Below are positions 11,764 to 22,363 of a DNA stretch of 60,544 nucleotides, one piece after another. Each line of letters starts with the position of its first letter. Position 1 is the first letter of the stretch. This DNA comes from an uncultured Pelagibacteraceae bacterium. Lineage in GTDB: Bacteria; Pseudomonadota; Alphaproteobacteria; Pelagibacterales; Pelagibacteraceae. The DNA lies in NCBI GenBank assembly GCA_902636165.1, contig CACPQV010000001.1, positions 1 through 60,544 on the forward strand. Direction: 5' to 3'. Both the position numbers and the translations under genes were made by a program. The notes beneath the pieces were generated by a model. That model did not search any database, was not told where the DNA came from, and saw nothing but the letters and a program-made list of their open reading frames with translations.

Positions 11764-13041
11764 ATGAGCTCCTCATCAACAATAGATTTAAGAAACAGAA
11801 TAATCTTTACTATTGCAATTCTAGCCGTGTATAGATTTGGTACTTTTGTACCTCTTCCTGGAATTGATCCTGAACAATTAAAGATAATGATGGATGGTAA
11901 TCAAAAGGGGCTACTAGGAATGTTTAATGTTTTCGCTGGCGGAGCTGTAAGTAGAATGGCAATTTTTGCTTTAGGAATTATGCCCTATATATCTTCATCA
12001 ATTATTGTTCAACTTTTGACAGGAGTCTCTGAATATTTTAAAAATTTAAAATCTCAAGGTGAAACTGGAAGAGCAAAGATAACTCAAATTACAAGATATG
12101 GAACAGTTTTACTAGCTACTGTCCAGGGTTATGGTTTAGCTGTTGGTTTAGAATCATCAGCAAATTTGGTTATTAATCCAGGTCCTTTTTTTAAGATTTC
12201 AACTGTAACAACTATTGTGGCGGGGACAATTTTCTTAATGTGGTTGGGAGAGCAAATAACCCAAAGAGGAATTGGAAATGGAATTTCACTAATAATTTTT
12301 GCTGGTATAGTTGCCGAAATTCCAAGAGCATTAGTAACTACGTTTGAACTTGGAAGAACTGGAGCAGTCTCAACTATTATGATTTTAGCTTTATTTATTT
12401 TATTAATAATAACAATTCTTTTTATAGTTTTTATGGAAAGAGCATTAAGAAAAATATTAATAAATTATCCAAAAAGACAGATGGGTAATAAAATGTATGG
12501 CGGTGAGTCTTCTCATTTACCATTGAAAATAAATCAGGCTGGAGTAATTCCGGCAATTTTTGCTTCTGCTCTCTTACTTTTACCAGTAACTTTTTCAAAT
12601 TTTAATTTCTCTGAAAACGAAACGTTTCTTAATATTAGTTCTTTTTTTACACAAGGCCAACCTCTTTACATGCTATTATATGCATCAGGAATTATATTTT
12701 TCACTTTCTTTTATACATCTATTACTTTTAATCCTAATGAGACCGCAGATAATTTAAGAAAATATGGTGGCTTTATTCCTGGAATAAGACCTGGTGAGAG
12801 TACTGCTATATACATAGATAATATTTTGACTAAATTAACAACTATAGGTGCTTTATATTTAACCTTAGTTTGTTTAATGCCAGAATTTTTAATAGCAAAT
12901 TATCCTATACCATTTTATTTGGGCGGTACCTCAATTCTAATAGTTGTTGTTGTAGCAATAGATACTGTTACTCAAATACAAACTAGATTAATGAGTTCCC
13001 AGTATGAACAACTCATTAAAAAAACTAAATTTGGAAGATAA
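11764..13041 (+). CDS. secY: Preprotein translocase subunit SecY
   Basis: ALGIMPYI, GIGNGISL, IPGIRPG, GGTSILI; multiple TM helices. Confidence 0.99.
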   Translation: MSSSSTIDLRNRIIFTIAILAVYRFGTFVPLPGIDPEQLKIMMDGNQKGLLGMFNVFAGGAVSRMAIFALGIMPYISSSIIVQLLTGVSEYFKNLKSQGETGRAKITQITRYGTVLLATVQGYGLAVGLESSANLVINPGPFFKISTVTTIVAGTIFLMWLGEQITQRGIGNGISLIIFAGIVAEIPRALVTTFELGRTGAVSTIMILALFILLIITILFIVFMERALRKILINYPKRQMGNKMYGGESSHLPLKINQAGVIPAIFASALLLLPVTFSNFNFSENETFLNISSFFTQGQPLYMLLYASGIIFFTFFYTSITFNPNETADNLRKYGGFIPGIRPGESTAIYIDNILTKLTTIGALYLTLVCLMPEFLIANYPIPFYLGGTSILIVVVVAIDTVTQIQTRLMSSQYEQLIKKTKFGR

Positions 13042-13046
13042 CGTAA

Positions 13047-13610
13047 GTGAATATAATTTTATTTGGTCCTCCAGGTGCTGGAAAAGGAACGCAAGCTAAA
13101 TATATAAAAAAAAAAGTAAATGGCTTTCAAATATCAACAGGAGATCTTCTTCGAGATGAGATTAAAAGGGACACTGAAATTGGAAAAAAAATAGTCAATG
13201 ATATGAATGATGGAAAATTTGTAAGCGATGAAATAGTCAACAAACTTATTAGAAATATAGTTTCAGATCCTCAAAAAAAAGGTAAACTGATTTTTGATGG
13301 TTATCCTAGATCTCTAAGCCAAGCAAAAAATTTAGATTTATTATTAATAAATTCAAATCAAAAAATTGATTATATCTTTTTTTTAAATGTTAAAAAAGAT
13401 GTGATCATAAATAGAATAAAAAAAAGAAAAATTGAGGAAGACAGGTCTGATGATGATTTAGATATAATATTAAAAAGATTTGACACTTATATGAAAACAA
13501 CTAAACCTGTATTAGATTTTTATTCTAAAAATCCAAATTTTAATGAAATTGATGGAGCATTAGAAATTGATCAAATTACCGCAAAAATAGATACTTTTCT
13601 GCAAGTTTAA
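13047..13610 (+). CDS. adk: Adenylate kinase (short-LID type)
   Basis: GPPGAGKGTQ, STGD, DGYPR, RSDD; GTG start. Confidence 0.97.
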   Translation: MNIILFGPPGAGKGTQAKYIKKKVNGFQISTGDLLRDEIKRDTEIGKKIVNDMNDGKFVSDEIVNKLIRNIVSDPQKKGKLIFDGYPRSLSQAKNLDLLLINSNQKIDYIFFLNVKKDVIINRIKKRKIEEDRSDDDLDIILKRFDTYMKTTKPVLDFYSKNPNFNEIDGALEIDQITAKIDTFLQV

Positions 13611-13614
13611 GACG

Positions 13615-13642
13615 TTGACTTTAGAAGATCTTCTTATATAAA
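13615..13642 (+). promoter_or_regulatory. Putative sigma70 promoter for the alpha operon
   Basis: TTGACT (13615-13620), 16-nt spacer, TATAAA (13637-13642) in the longest gap of the ribosomal cluster, upstream of rpsM. Confidence 0.5.
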
Positions 13643-13665
13643 AGGCTAAATTTATCACGAAATAT

Positions 13666-14049
13666 ATGGCTCGTATTGCAGGTATTAATATTCCCCAGAA
13701 TAAGTTAGTCCACATTGGGTTAACTTACATCTATGGGATAGGAGACAAGTTTTCAAAAAAAATCTGCTCGTCACTATCTATACCTAAAGAAAAAAGAGTA
13801 AACCAATTAACTGATGATGAAATTTTAAAGATCAGAGAATTTATAGATCAAAATTTTAAGGTCGAAGGGGATTTAAGAAGAGATTACTCTTTAAGTATTA
13901 AAAGACTAATTGATTTAGCTTGTTATAGAGGCTCAAGACATAGGAAAAAATTACCGGTAAGAGGTCAAAGAACAAGATGTAACGCTCGGACAAGAAAAGG
14001 TAAAGCTATAGCAATTGCTGGAAAAAAATTAACACCACTAAAAAAATAA
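13666..14049 (+). CDS. rpsM: 30S ribosomal protein S13
   Basis: [23 protein letters not shown]. Confidence 0.98.
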   Translation: MARIAGINIPQNKLVHIGLTYIYGIGDKFSKKICSSLSIPKEKRVNQLTDDEILKIREFIDQNFKVEGDLRRDYSLSIKRLIDLACYRGSRHRKKLPVRGQRTRCNARTRKGKAIAIAGKKLTPLKK

Positions 14050-14052
14050 AAT

Positions 14053-14502
14053 ATGGTAAAAGTTGAAAAAAAAAATAATGTTGATCAAAAAACTGAAAAA
14101 TCATCTAAGAAAACAATTAAAAGTTCATATTCAAAAAAAAAAAAATTAAAAAAGAATATTTTAAATGGAATTGCCTATGTTCAATCGACATTTAATAATA
14201 CTATAATTTCAATTGCAGATACTAACGGCAATGTTGTTTCCTGGGCCTCTGCGGGACAAAAAGGCTTCAAAGGTTCTAGAAAATCTACACCATATGCTGC
14301 TCAAGTCGCTGCAGACTCTGCGGCTTCAAAAGCGCTAGAGTATGGAATGAAAAGTTTAACAGTTGAAATTAAAGGTCCTGGTTCAGGAAGAGAAACTGCT
14401 TTAAGAGCACTTCAAGCAAGAGGTTTTAAGATATTATCTATAAAAGATACAACGCCAATGCCTCATAATGGAACTAGACCCCCAAAAAAAAGGAGAGTTT
14501 AA
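14053..14502 (+). CDS. rpsK: 30S ribosomal protein S11
   Basis: [29 protein letters not shown]. Confidence 0.98.
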   Translation: MVKVEKKNNVDQKTEKSSKKTIKSSYSKKKKLKKNILNGIAYVQSTFNNTIISIADTNGNVVSWASAGQKGFKGSRKSTPYAAQVAADSAASKALEYGMKSLTVEIKGPGSGRETALRALQARGFKILSIKDTTPMPHNGTRPPKKRRV

Positions 14503-15530
14503 TGCAAACTGAAAATGTAAACGTTAAAAATTGGAAATCATTAATTAAACCTGCCAAATTAGACGTCAAAATTAGTGAAGATCTAACTCAAGCAAAAATA
14601 ATTGCTGAGCCCTTGGAAAAAGGCTATGGTTTGACACTAGGAAATTCTCTTAGAAGAATTTTATTATCGTCAATAAGAGGAGCAGCTGTTACCTCAATTC
14701 AAATTGATGGAGTGCTTCACGAATTTACATCAATTAAAGGCGTAAGAGAAGATGTTACAGATATCGTTTTAAATGTTAAATCCTTAGCTTTAAAAAGTTC
14801 ATCTGAAGGAACCAAAAAATTAGTTTTAGATGCCAAGGGTCCAGGTGAAATTAAAGCTTCAGATATTGCTCAAGTAAATGACATTGAAATATTAAACCCG
14901 GATTTAGTAATTTGTAACTTAGATGAAAATACAAATTTTCATATGGAAATGAATGTTAACACAGGTAAAGGATATGTGCCCGCTGATTTAAACAAACCTG
15001 AGGAACCTCCTCTAGGATTGATTGCTATAGATTCTCTTTACTCGCCAGTTAAAAAAGTTTCGTATTCTGTTAGTACTGCAAGAGAAGGTAAGGCATTAGA
15101 TTATGATAAATTGACTATGGATGTAGAAACTAATGGTGCAATATCAGCTGAGGATGCTGTGGCTTATGCAGCAAGAATTTTTCAAGATCAATTAAAAATG
15201 TTTATTAATTTTGACGAACCTGTTGAGGCACCAATAAAAGAAGTTTCTACAGAACCTGAGTTTAATAAAAATTTATTGAGAAAAGTAGATGAATTAGAAC
15301 TTTCGGTTAGATCTATGAATTGTCTTAAGAACGATAATATAATTTATATTGGTGATTTAGTTCAAAAATCAGAGGGAGAAATGTTAAGAACACCAAATTT
15401 TGGAAGAAAATCTTTGAATGAAATTAAGGAAGTTTTGACTGGTATGTCTTTATACTTAGGTATGGAAATACCAAATTGGCCTCCAGATAACATAGCAGAA
15501 ATGTCTAAAAAATTAGAGGAAAGTATCTAA
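14502..15530 (+). CDS. rpoA: RNA polymerase subunit alpha
   Basis: [33 protein letters not shown]. Confidence 0.99.
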   Translation: MQTENVNVKNWKSLIKPAKLDVKISEDLTQAKIIAEPLEKGYGLTLGNSLRRILLSSIRGAAVTSIQIDGVLHEFTSIKGVREDVTDIVLNVKSLALKSSSEGTKKLVLDAKGPGEIKASDIAQVNDIEILNPDLVICNLDENTNFHMEMNVNTGKGYVPADLNKPEEPPLGLIAIDSLYSPVKKVSYSVSTAREGKALDYDKLTMDVETNGAISAEDAVAYAARIFQDQLKMFINFDEPVEAPIKEVSTEPEFNKNLLRKVDELELSVRSMNCLKNDNIIYIGDLVQKSEGEMLRTPNFGRKSLNEIKEVLTGMSLYLGMEIPNWPPDNIAEMSKKLEESI

Positions 15531-15973
15531 TGAGACATGGAATGGCTAATAAAAGACTTAATAGAACCTCTGAACATAGAAAGGCACTATTGAAAAATAT
15601 GCTAAATTCTTTAATTAAATATGAACAAATTAAAACTACTTTACCTAAGGCAAAATTTTTAAAGCCACAAGCTGACAAAATAATAACATTGGGTAAAAAA
15701 GATAATTTATTAACATCTAAACTATTATTTTCTCAATTACAGAATTCAGAGTCTGCAACTAAAGTAAAAAAAACCCTATCCAAAAGATATGAAAAAAGAA
15801 ATGGAGGCTATACTAGAATAATAAAAGCAGGCTTTAGATATGGTGATAATGCCCCTATGGCAATTATAGAATTTGTAGACAGAGATGTTGAGGCAAAAAA
15901 AGTTGATAAAAAGAAAAATGTAACTACAAAAAAAGAAGATAATAAAAAAGAAACAAAAGCTGCTTCAGCATAA
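15530..15973 (+). CDS. rplQ: 50S ribosomal protein L17
   Basis: MRH start, TTLPKAK, GGYTRI, GDNAPM. Confidence 0.98.
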   Translation: MRHGMANKRLNRTSEHRKALLKNMLNSLIKYEQIKTTLPKAKFLKPQADKIITLGKKDNLLTSKLLFSQLQNSESATKVKKTLSKRYEKRNGGYTRIIKAGFRYGDNAPMAIIEFVDRDVEAKKVDKKKNVTTKKEDNKKETKAASA

Positions 15974-15987
15974 AAAAATTTCTTAAA

Positions 15988-16905
15988 ATGTTAAAAAGTT
16001 TTGTCGTTGATTCAACGTGTAATAATATGCGAATTGATCGGTGGATAAGAAACACAATTCAAAAACTTCCTCAAAGTTTAATTGAAAAAAATCTAAGATT
16101 AGGAAAAATTAAAGTAAATAAAAAAAAAGTAAAAAGCTCATACAAAGTTAAATCTAAAGATATTATTAGATTATTTGATTTTAATTTTGAAGAAAAGAAA
16201 CTTCAAAAAAAAATAAGATTTATCCCAACAAATGAAATTATCAAGTCAAACGAAAATTTGATTATTGATAACAATAAAGATTTTATAGTTATTAATAAAA
16301 GTGCTGGTATATCTGTTCAAGGAGGTACAAAATCAAAAAAAAATTTGATTGATATATTTTCTAAAAGTGAAATTTTTAAAGACTCTAAACCATATTCAGT
16401 TCATAGATTAGACAAAGATACTTCAGGAGTTTTTATAATTGCAAAAAATAGAGAGACAGCACAATTATTAACTTCTTTATTCAGGTTAAGAAAAGTTTAC
16501 AAAACTTATTTGGCAATATGCAATGGTGAATTAGAAAAAGATTATGGTGAATGGAGTGATGATTTAATACGTTATGATAATGGAAAAAAAATTGTAGAAA
16601 AAGCTAAAACATTTTTTAAGGTAATTGACAAAAATTATAATTCTAGTTTAGTTGAAATGAAACCTATTACAGGCAGAAAACATCAACTCAGAAAGCAATT
16701 ATTTAACATAGGTCACTCAATATATGGTGATCAGAAATATAAGTCTCAAACTTCAAATAAAGGTATTAATAAGAACCTTATGCTACACTCGTATCAGCTA
16801 AAGTTTATTTTTAAAGAAAAGAAATATACTTATAAAGCTTTACTACCTGATTATTTTAAAAAATTACTTAAAACCAAAAGACTTAATAATTTAGATTTGA
16901 AATAA
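15988..16905 (+). CDS. RluA/RluC-family pseudouridine synthase with S4 domain
   Basis: RIDRW S4 start, [27 protein letters not shown]. Confidence 0.93.
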   Translation: MLKSFVVDSTCNNMRIDRWIRNTIQKLPQSLIEKNLRLGKIKVNKKKVKSSYKVKSKDIIRLFDFNFEEKKLQKKIRFIPTNEIIKSNENLIIDNNKDFIVINKSAGISVQGGTKSKKNLIDIFSKSEIFKDSKPYSVHRLDKDTSGVFIIAKNRETAQLLTSLFRLRKVYKTYLAICNGELEKDYGEWSDDLIRYDNGKKIVEKAKTFFKVIDKNYNSSLVEMKPITGRKHQLRKQLFNIGHSIYGDQKYKSQTSNKGINKNLMLHSYQLKFIFKEKKYTYKALLPDYFKKLLKTKRLNNLDLK

Positions 16906-17503
16906 AAGTTTCTACTAGTTTACTTTCTAATTTTTCATAATTTTGATTTTTTATATTTTGTAAATTAGTTACACCTTTATCTTTGATCCCACATGGTATT
17001 ATTTTTTTGTACTTATTCAGATCATTATTTATATTAATTGAGAAACCATGATATGCAATCCATTTGCTTACTCTTACACCAATAGCTGCAACTTTTTTAA
17101 TCTCAGAATTATCTTTAAACCAAATACCTATATTTTTTTTATCTGCAAATGTCTCAATATCAAAATATCTTAATGTTTCTATTATTGTTTTTTCTATAGT
17201 TGAAACGAAATGTCTAATGTCTTTTTTTCTTTTTTTTAAATCAATTACAAAATAACAAATTAATTGTCCAGGACCATGAAATGTAATTTTTCCACCTCTG
17301 TTAGTTTTAATGATTTTTATTGATTTATCTAATATTTCATCATTCTTAAAACTAGTGCCAGCAGTATAAACTTCATTATGTTGCAAAGTCCATATCAGTT
17401 CATTAGACTTATTCTGGTATAAATTTAATAATCTTTCTTCCATAATCTTAAGAGCGTTCTCATATTTTATTGGATTTATGGACTTTTTAATCTCTATATT
17501 CAT
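16883..17503 (-). CDS. lipB: Octanoyltransferase LipB
   Basis: [30 protein letters not shown]. Confidence 0.96.
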   Translation of the reverse strand: MNIEIKKSINPIKYENALKIMEERLLNLYQNKSNELIWTLQHNEVYTAGTSFKNDEILDKSIKIIKTNRGGKITFHGPGQLICYFVIDLKKRKKDIRHFVSTIEKTIIETLRYFDIETFADKKNIGIWFKDNSEIKKVAAIGVRVSKWIAYHGFSININNDLNKYKKIIPCGIKDKGVTNLQNIKNQNYEKLESKLVETFISNLNY

Positions 17504-17563
17504 TTAAAAATTGTATTCTTTTTATTATGTATTAAAAGTTCCGACTGAATAATAGGTATATTT

Positions 17564-18937
17564 ATGACTTTAATTAAAAAAATCAAAGATAAAAAAGTTA
17601 ATTTTGAATTTAACAAAGAATATATAAAGGTTGTTACTGATAAAATTGCAAGTAATGATGCTTTATTTATCACTAATTCTTTCAAGGAAATGCATCCAGC
17701 AGATGCAGCGGATATAATTGAACATTTGGAACAAAATGACCGAGAAAATTTAATTAAATTAAATAATTTCAAAATTGATCCAGAGGTTTTTATTGAATTA
17801 AATGAGTCGGTACAATCAGAAATTATTAAATTTCTTTCATCTGAAGCTATTGTAAGAATACTTAAAAATTTAGAATCAGATGACGCCATATCAATTTTAG
17901 AAAATGTAGATGAAAAAGATAAAAATTCAATTTTAAGCGCTTTACCACCCAAAGATCGTTTTGCTTTACTAGAAGGACTAAGTTATCCAGAGGATAGTGC
18001 TGCAAGGATAATGCAAAGAGAGTTTACAGCTATTCCAAGAAATTGGTCAGTTGGACAAACAATTGATTACTTAAGAGAAAACAAAGATCTACCAGAACAG
18101 TTTTTGGAAATTTATATTGTTGATGAAAATTTTAAACCAGTTGGAATAGTGCCATCTTCAAAAGTACTAAGAACACCAAGAGAAAGTAAAATGTCGTCAA
18201 TTATGGAAGACTCAACATTTTTAGTTCCAGTTGATATGGATAGAGAAGAAGTTGGTAATTTATTCGAAAATTACAATTTAAATTCAGCTTGTGTCGTTGA
18301 TAAGAATAACAAATTAGTTGGAATGATTACATCGGATGATGTATTGACGGTTTTGAAAGAAGAGGCTGAGGAAGATGCTTTAAGATTAGCAGGTGTAGGA
18401 GATGAAGAAATTACAGATGGAGTAATAACTAAAACAAAAAGAAGATTCAATTGGTTATTATTGAATTTATTCACAGCCTTTTTAGCAACATATTGTATTA
18501 GTTTATTTGGAGCCACTATAGAACAGATGGTAGTACTAGCTTTTTTAATGCCTATAGTTGCATCTATGGGAGGAAATGCAGGAATGCAAACTCTTGCTGT
18601 TACAGTAAGAACTCTTGCTACAAATGATTTAACTAAAAATAATTTTAGTCAAAATATTTTAAAAGAATTCAATATAGGAATTTTGAATGGTATTATTTTT
18701 GCGATAATAAGTTCAGTTATTGTTCAATTATGGTTTCAAGACATAGAACTTTCATTAATAATTTCTATATCAATGATTTTAACAATGGTGGTTGCTGGTT
18801 TATTTGGAATATTGGTTCCTGTTACTTTAAAAAAAATAAATATTGATCCAGCAATTGCATCAAGTGTTTTTGTAACTACAATTACAGATGTGATTGGTTT
18901 TGTATCTTTTTTGGGAGTAGGTGCTTATTTTTTATAG
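17564..18937 (+). CDS. mgtE: Magnesium transporter MgtE
   Basis: HPADAA N-domain, CBS pair, MGGNAGMQ, DPAIASSVFVTTITDV. Confidence 0.96.
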   Translation: MTLIKKIKDKKVNFEFNKEYIKVVTDKIASNDALFITNSFKEMHPADAADIIEHLEQNDRENLIKLNNFKIDPEVFIELNESVQSEIIKFLSSEAIVRILKNLESDDAISILENVDEKDKNSILSALPPKDRFALLEGLSYPEDSAARIMQREFTAIPRNWSVGQTIDYLRENKDLPEQFLEIYIVDENFKPVGIVPSSKVLRTPRESKMSSIMEDSTFLVPVDMDREEVGNLFENYNLNSACVVDKNNKLVGMITSDDVLTVLKEEAEEDALRLAGVGDEEITDGVITKTKRRFNWLLLNLFTAFLATYCISLFGATIEQMVVLAFLMPIVASMGGNAGMQTLAVTVRTLATNDLTKNNFSQNILKEFNIGILNGIIFAIISSVIVQLWFQDIELSLIISISMILTMVVAGLFGILVPVTLKKINIDPAIASSVFVTTITDVIGFVSFLGVGAYFL

Positions 18938-18940
18938 GGA

Positions 18941-19753
18941 TTAAAAATTATCTATTAATCTTACATCATTTAGATAATATCCAAAAAAAATTTTAGAATT
19001 ATTAATATTAGTACTTAATTTTAAATTCTTTTTATTTCTTACTTCAAGATACTCTATCTTGATGTTATATAATTTTTCTAATTCATTTTTCTTGATTAAC
19101 ATCATTTTTTTTGTAATTTTTTTTTTTAACAATTTTTTTTTAAAAGAAATTAAATCACCAGCTATTCTACCTGCTTTAATCAGATTATCTTTTTTTAAAA
19201 GTATATTTCTTGAGGATAAAGCTAGCTTATTTTTATTTCTGATCGTTTTACAAAGTATTATTTTTGAATTAAATTTAGTTTCAATATATCTTTTAACTAA
19301 AAATAGCTGCTGGAAGTCTTTTTCCCCCATAAATATTTTTGATGGTTTTACTATTTTTGTTAAACGGGTCATTACATCAATAACCCCTTCAAAATGGCCC
19401 TTTCTATATTTGGCACACAGTATTTTATCTTTTTTTGATAGGAGAATTTTACTCCTTTTTCTTGATTTATAAACCTGATTTTTATTAGGTGTATAAACAA
19501 AATTTACTTTTAATTTTTTTAGAATTTTTAAATCTTTTTTTAAATTTCTTGGGTATTTTTGATAATCTCTTTTGTTATTAAATTGTTTTGGATTAACAAA
19601 TATACTTACAACAGTTTTATTACAATAATTTAAAGATTTTTTAATTAAAGAGATATGACCTTCGTGTATGCTACCCATGGTAGGCACAAAACCAACATTA
19701 GAGACGCCAGATAATGCCTCATTTAAATCATTATTTCTTAATAAAATTTTCAT
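18941..19753 (-). CDS. panC: Pantoate-beta-alanine ligase
   Basis: VPTMGSIHEGH, FVNPKQF, GEKDFQQ, LSSRN; start probably MKILL at 19753. Confidence 0.96.
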   Translation of the reverse strand: MKILLRNNDLNEALSGVSNVGFVPTMGSIHEGHISLIKKSLNYCNKTVVSIFVNPKQFNNKRDYQKYPRNLKKDLKILKKLKVNFVYTPNKNQVYKSRKRSKILLSKKDKILCAKYRKGHFEGVIDVMTRLTKIVKPSKIFMGEKDFQQLFLVKRYIETKFNSKIILCKTIRNKNKLALSSRNILLKKDNLIKAGRIAGDLISFKKKLLKKKITKKMMLIKKNELEKLYNIKIEYLEVRNKKNLKLSTNINNSKIFFGYYLNDVRLIDNF

Positions 19754-19787
19754 TTGTATAAAGTATTTTAATAAGTAAAACATTTAA

Positions 19788-20603
19788 ATGATTAAACAAG
19801 CAATTATTCCTTTAGCAGGATTAGGCACTAGATTATTGCCACTCACCAGTGTATTTGCTAAAGAACTTTTACCAATTAATGGTAAACCTGGTATAGAATA
19901 TATTTTAGACGAATGCATTGAGGCTGGTATAAAAGAAGTAGTCTTTATTATTTCAAAAAAAAAGCAGATGATAAAAAATTATTTTTATAATGATAGTTTT
20001 TATAAGAAAATTATTAAAAAAAAAAAAGACCCAAGAATAATTAAAGAATATAAAAAAATTTTAAGATACAAAAAAATGATAAAATTTGTATATCAGAACA
20101 AACCACTTGGTACAGGCGATGCTGTTTTAAAAGCGCAAAAATATATAAAAGATAAATTTTTTTTAATGTTATTACCAGATGATTTGATTATCAAAAAAAA
20201 CTGCTCTAAATCTATGATAAATATTCACAAACGTTACAATTCCTCAGTTATGGCCAGCATGAACGTGAACAAGAAAACAGTTTCAAGATGGGGAATTTTT
20301 AAATTAAGTAAAAAATTCAATAAAAGAAATTATTTAATTGAAGATGTAATTGAAAAACCATCTATTGCTAACGCTCCTTCTAATAAAGCTGTAATAGGAA
20401 GGTATATTTTACCAAAAAAAATATTTTATAAATTATCTAAACAAAAACCTGGCAAGGGTGGCGAAATTCATATTACCGATGCTATTCAATCTTTAATCAA
20501 TGAAAATAATAAGTTTGTAGCTCATAACTTTTCTGGAAAATATTTAGACTGCGGAAGTATGAATGGATATATCAAATCAACATTGGAAATAGCTAAATCA
20601 TGA
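19788..20603 (+). CDS. galU: UTP-glucose-1-phosphate uridylyltransferase-like nucleotidyltransferase
   Basis: PLAGLGTRLLP, KELLPI, LPDD, EKP, GRYIL, GEIHITDAI; adjacent to ugd. Confidence 0.85.
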   Translation: MIKQAIIPLAGLGTRLLPLTSVFAKELLPINGKPGIEYILDECIEAGIKEVVFIISKKKQMIKNYFYNDSFYKKIIKKKKDPRIIKEYKKILRYKKMIKFVYQNKPLGTGDAVLKAQKYIKDKFFLMLLPDDLIIKKNCSKSMINIHKRYNSSVMASMNVNKKTVSRWGIFKLSKKFNKRNYLIEDVIEKPSIANAPSNKAVIGRYILPKKIFYKLSKQKPGKGGEIHITDAIQSLINENNKFVAHNFSGKYLDCGSMNGYIKSTLEIAKS

Positions 20604-21898
20604 AATTGTGTATGATAGGTACTGGTTATGTGGGTTTAGTTAGTGGAGTATGTTTTTCTGATTTAGGAAACGAAGTAATTTGTGTTGATAATAATATTGG
20701 GAAAATAAATTTACTAAAAAAAGGTATAATTCCAATCTATGAACCTGGCTTGTCAGAATTAGTGATTAAAAATTATAAAAATAAAAAATTAACTTTTTCT
20801 ACTGATTTAAAAAAATCTGTAAAAGAGTCGGATATTATTTTTATTTGTGTTGGAACACCTACTAAAAAAGGAGGTGGTTCCGCAGACCTAAGACAAATTT
20901 ATAACGTTTCTAAAGAAATATCTTCTTCAATAAATAAATTTAAAATTATTATAACTAAATCTACTGTGCCAGTAACAACAGGTGATGAAATCGAAAAAAT
21001 TCTATCAAAAAAAAATGATAAAAAAAAATTTTCAGTTGTTTCTAATCCTGAGTTTTTAAGAGAAGGTGAAGCGATAAGAGATTTTACATATCCTGATAGA
21101 GTAGTTGTTGGGACAAATGACAAAAAATCTGGAAAAATTTTAAAGAGTTTGTATAGTCCGCTGATTTCTAAAGGAGCTTTATATTTGCAAACATCTAGAA
21201 GAGCTGCAGAATTAATAAAATATGCATCAAACGCCTTTTTAGCAACTAAGATCACTTTTATAAATGAGATAGCTAACTTGTGTGAAAAAACTGGTATTAA
21301 CGTTGAAGATATATCAATTGGCATGGGGCTAGATAAAAGAATAGGGAGTCGATTTCTAAGAGCAGGGCCTGCTTATGGAGGATCTTGTTTTCCAAAAGAT
21401 ACAAAAGCTATTGTTTCAACAGGTGATAAGTTTAAAATCAATTTATCAGTAATCAAATCAGTAATTAAATCAAATGAAAATAGAACTAAAATTTTACTTG
21501 ATAGAATAAATTTAATTTTAAATAAAAAGATAAGAAATAAAAAGATTACTTTCTTAGGTGTTACATTCAAAGCAAATACTGATGACATGAGAGACTCCTC
21601 AAGTCTTAAAATGATTCCTCATCTATCAAAAAAAGGAGCATTGATAAAATATTTTGATCCAACTGGATATAAAAAAGAATTTTCAAAATTAAAAAATGTT
21701 ACAAATAAAACGACGATTAAAGAAGCTGTTGCTGGTTCAGATCTTGTTATTATTCACACTGAATGGAACGATTTTAAATCAATTAATTTTAAAAATTTAG
21801 TGCAAGGTAAAAAATTTATCATATTCGATATGAGAAATATATATTCGTCAACAAAAATTAAAGAGCAAGGTTTTAAATACTACAGTGTAGGGAAATAA
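20600..21898 (+). CDS. ugd: UDP-glucose 6-dehydrogenase
   Basis: GTGYVG, KSTVP, NPEFLREG, GGSCFPKD, TDDMRDS. Confidence 0.92.
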   Translation: MKLCMIGTGYVGLVSGVCFSDLGNEVICVDNNIGKINLLKKGIIPIYEPGLSELVIKNYKNKKLTFSTDLKKSVKESDIIFICVGTPTKKGGGSADLRQIYNVSKEISSSINKFKIIITKSTVPVTTGDEIEKILSKKNDKKKFSVVSNPEFLREGEAIRDFTYPDRVVVGTNDKKSGKILKSLYSPLISKGALYLQTSRRAAELIKYASNAFLATKITFINEIANLCEKTGINVEDISIGMGLDKRIGSRFLRAGPAYGGSCFPKDTKAIVSTGDKFKINLSVIKSVIKSNENRTKILLDRINLILNKKIRNKKITFLGVTFKANTDDMRDSSSLKMIPHLSKKGALIKYFDPTGYKKEFSKLKNVTNKTTIKEAVAGSDLVIIHTEWNDFKSINFKNLVQGKKFIIFDMRNIYSSTKIKEQGFKYYSVGK

Positions 21899-21901
21899 AA
21901 T

Positions 21902-22363
21902 TTAATTTAATTCAAATATCGCATCTACTTCTACCGACACGCCTAATGGCAAACTGTTAGTACTTACAGCGGCTCTAGCATGCATGCCAGAATCTCCGAA
22001 CACTGCAACAATTAAATCTGATGCACCATTAATTACTTTAGGTTGATCTGTAAAATCATCAGTAGAATTAACAAATCCGGTTAATTTTATACATGATTTG
22101 ATTTTTGATAAATCATTATCACATGATTTTTTAATTTGAGAAATAATACTTAATGCACATCTCTTAGCAGCATTATAACCTGCATCAGCATCTAAATCTT
22201 TTCCAACTTTTCCTTTGATAAGTTGACCATTTTCATCAATTGAAATTTGACCTGACACAAATAGCATCTTTCCTGAAATTCTTGTTGCAACATAATTTCC
22301 AACAGGTGATTTAGCGTCTGGAAGTTCTAATTTAAGTTCTTTTATTTTATCATCGTATCTCAT
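21902..22363 (-). CDS. RidA/YjgF-family protein
   Basis: LFVSGQ, INGASD, HARAAV, LPLGVSVEVD. Confidence 0.9.
   Translation of the reverse strand: MRYDDKIKELKLELPDAKSPVGNYVATRISGKMLFVSGQISIDENGQLIKGKVGKDLDADAGYNAAKRCALSIISQIKKSCDNDLSKIKSCIKLTGFVNSTDDFTDQPKVINGASDLIVAVFGDSGMHARAAVSTNSLPLGVSVEVDAIFELN

Noticed and set aside
14123-14146. Long poly-A tracts (here in rpsK, and elsewhere) as phase-variation sites
   Set aside because: In-frame Lys codon runs expected at this AT content; reading frames are intact.
19788-21898. galU-ugd as the edge of a hypervariable polysaccharide island
   Set aside because: Only two genes, flanked by core genes, with no glycosyltransferases or evident compositional shift.
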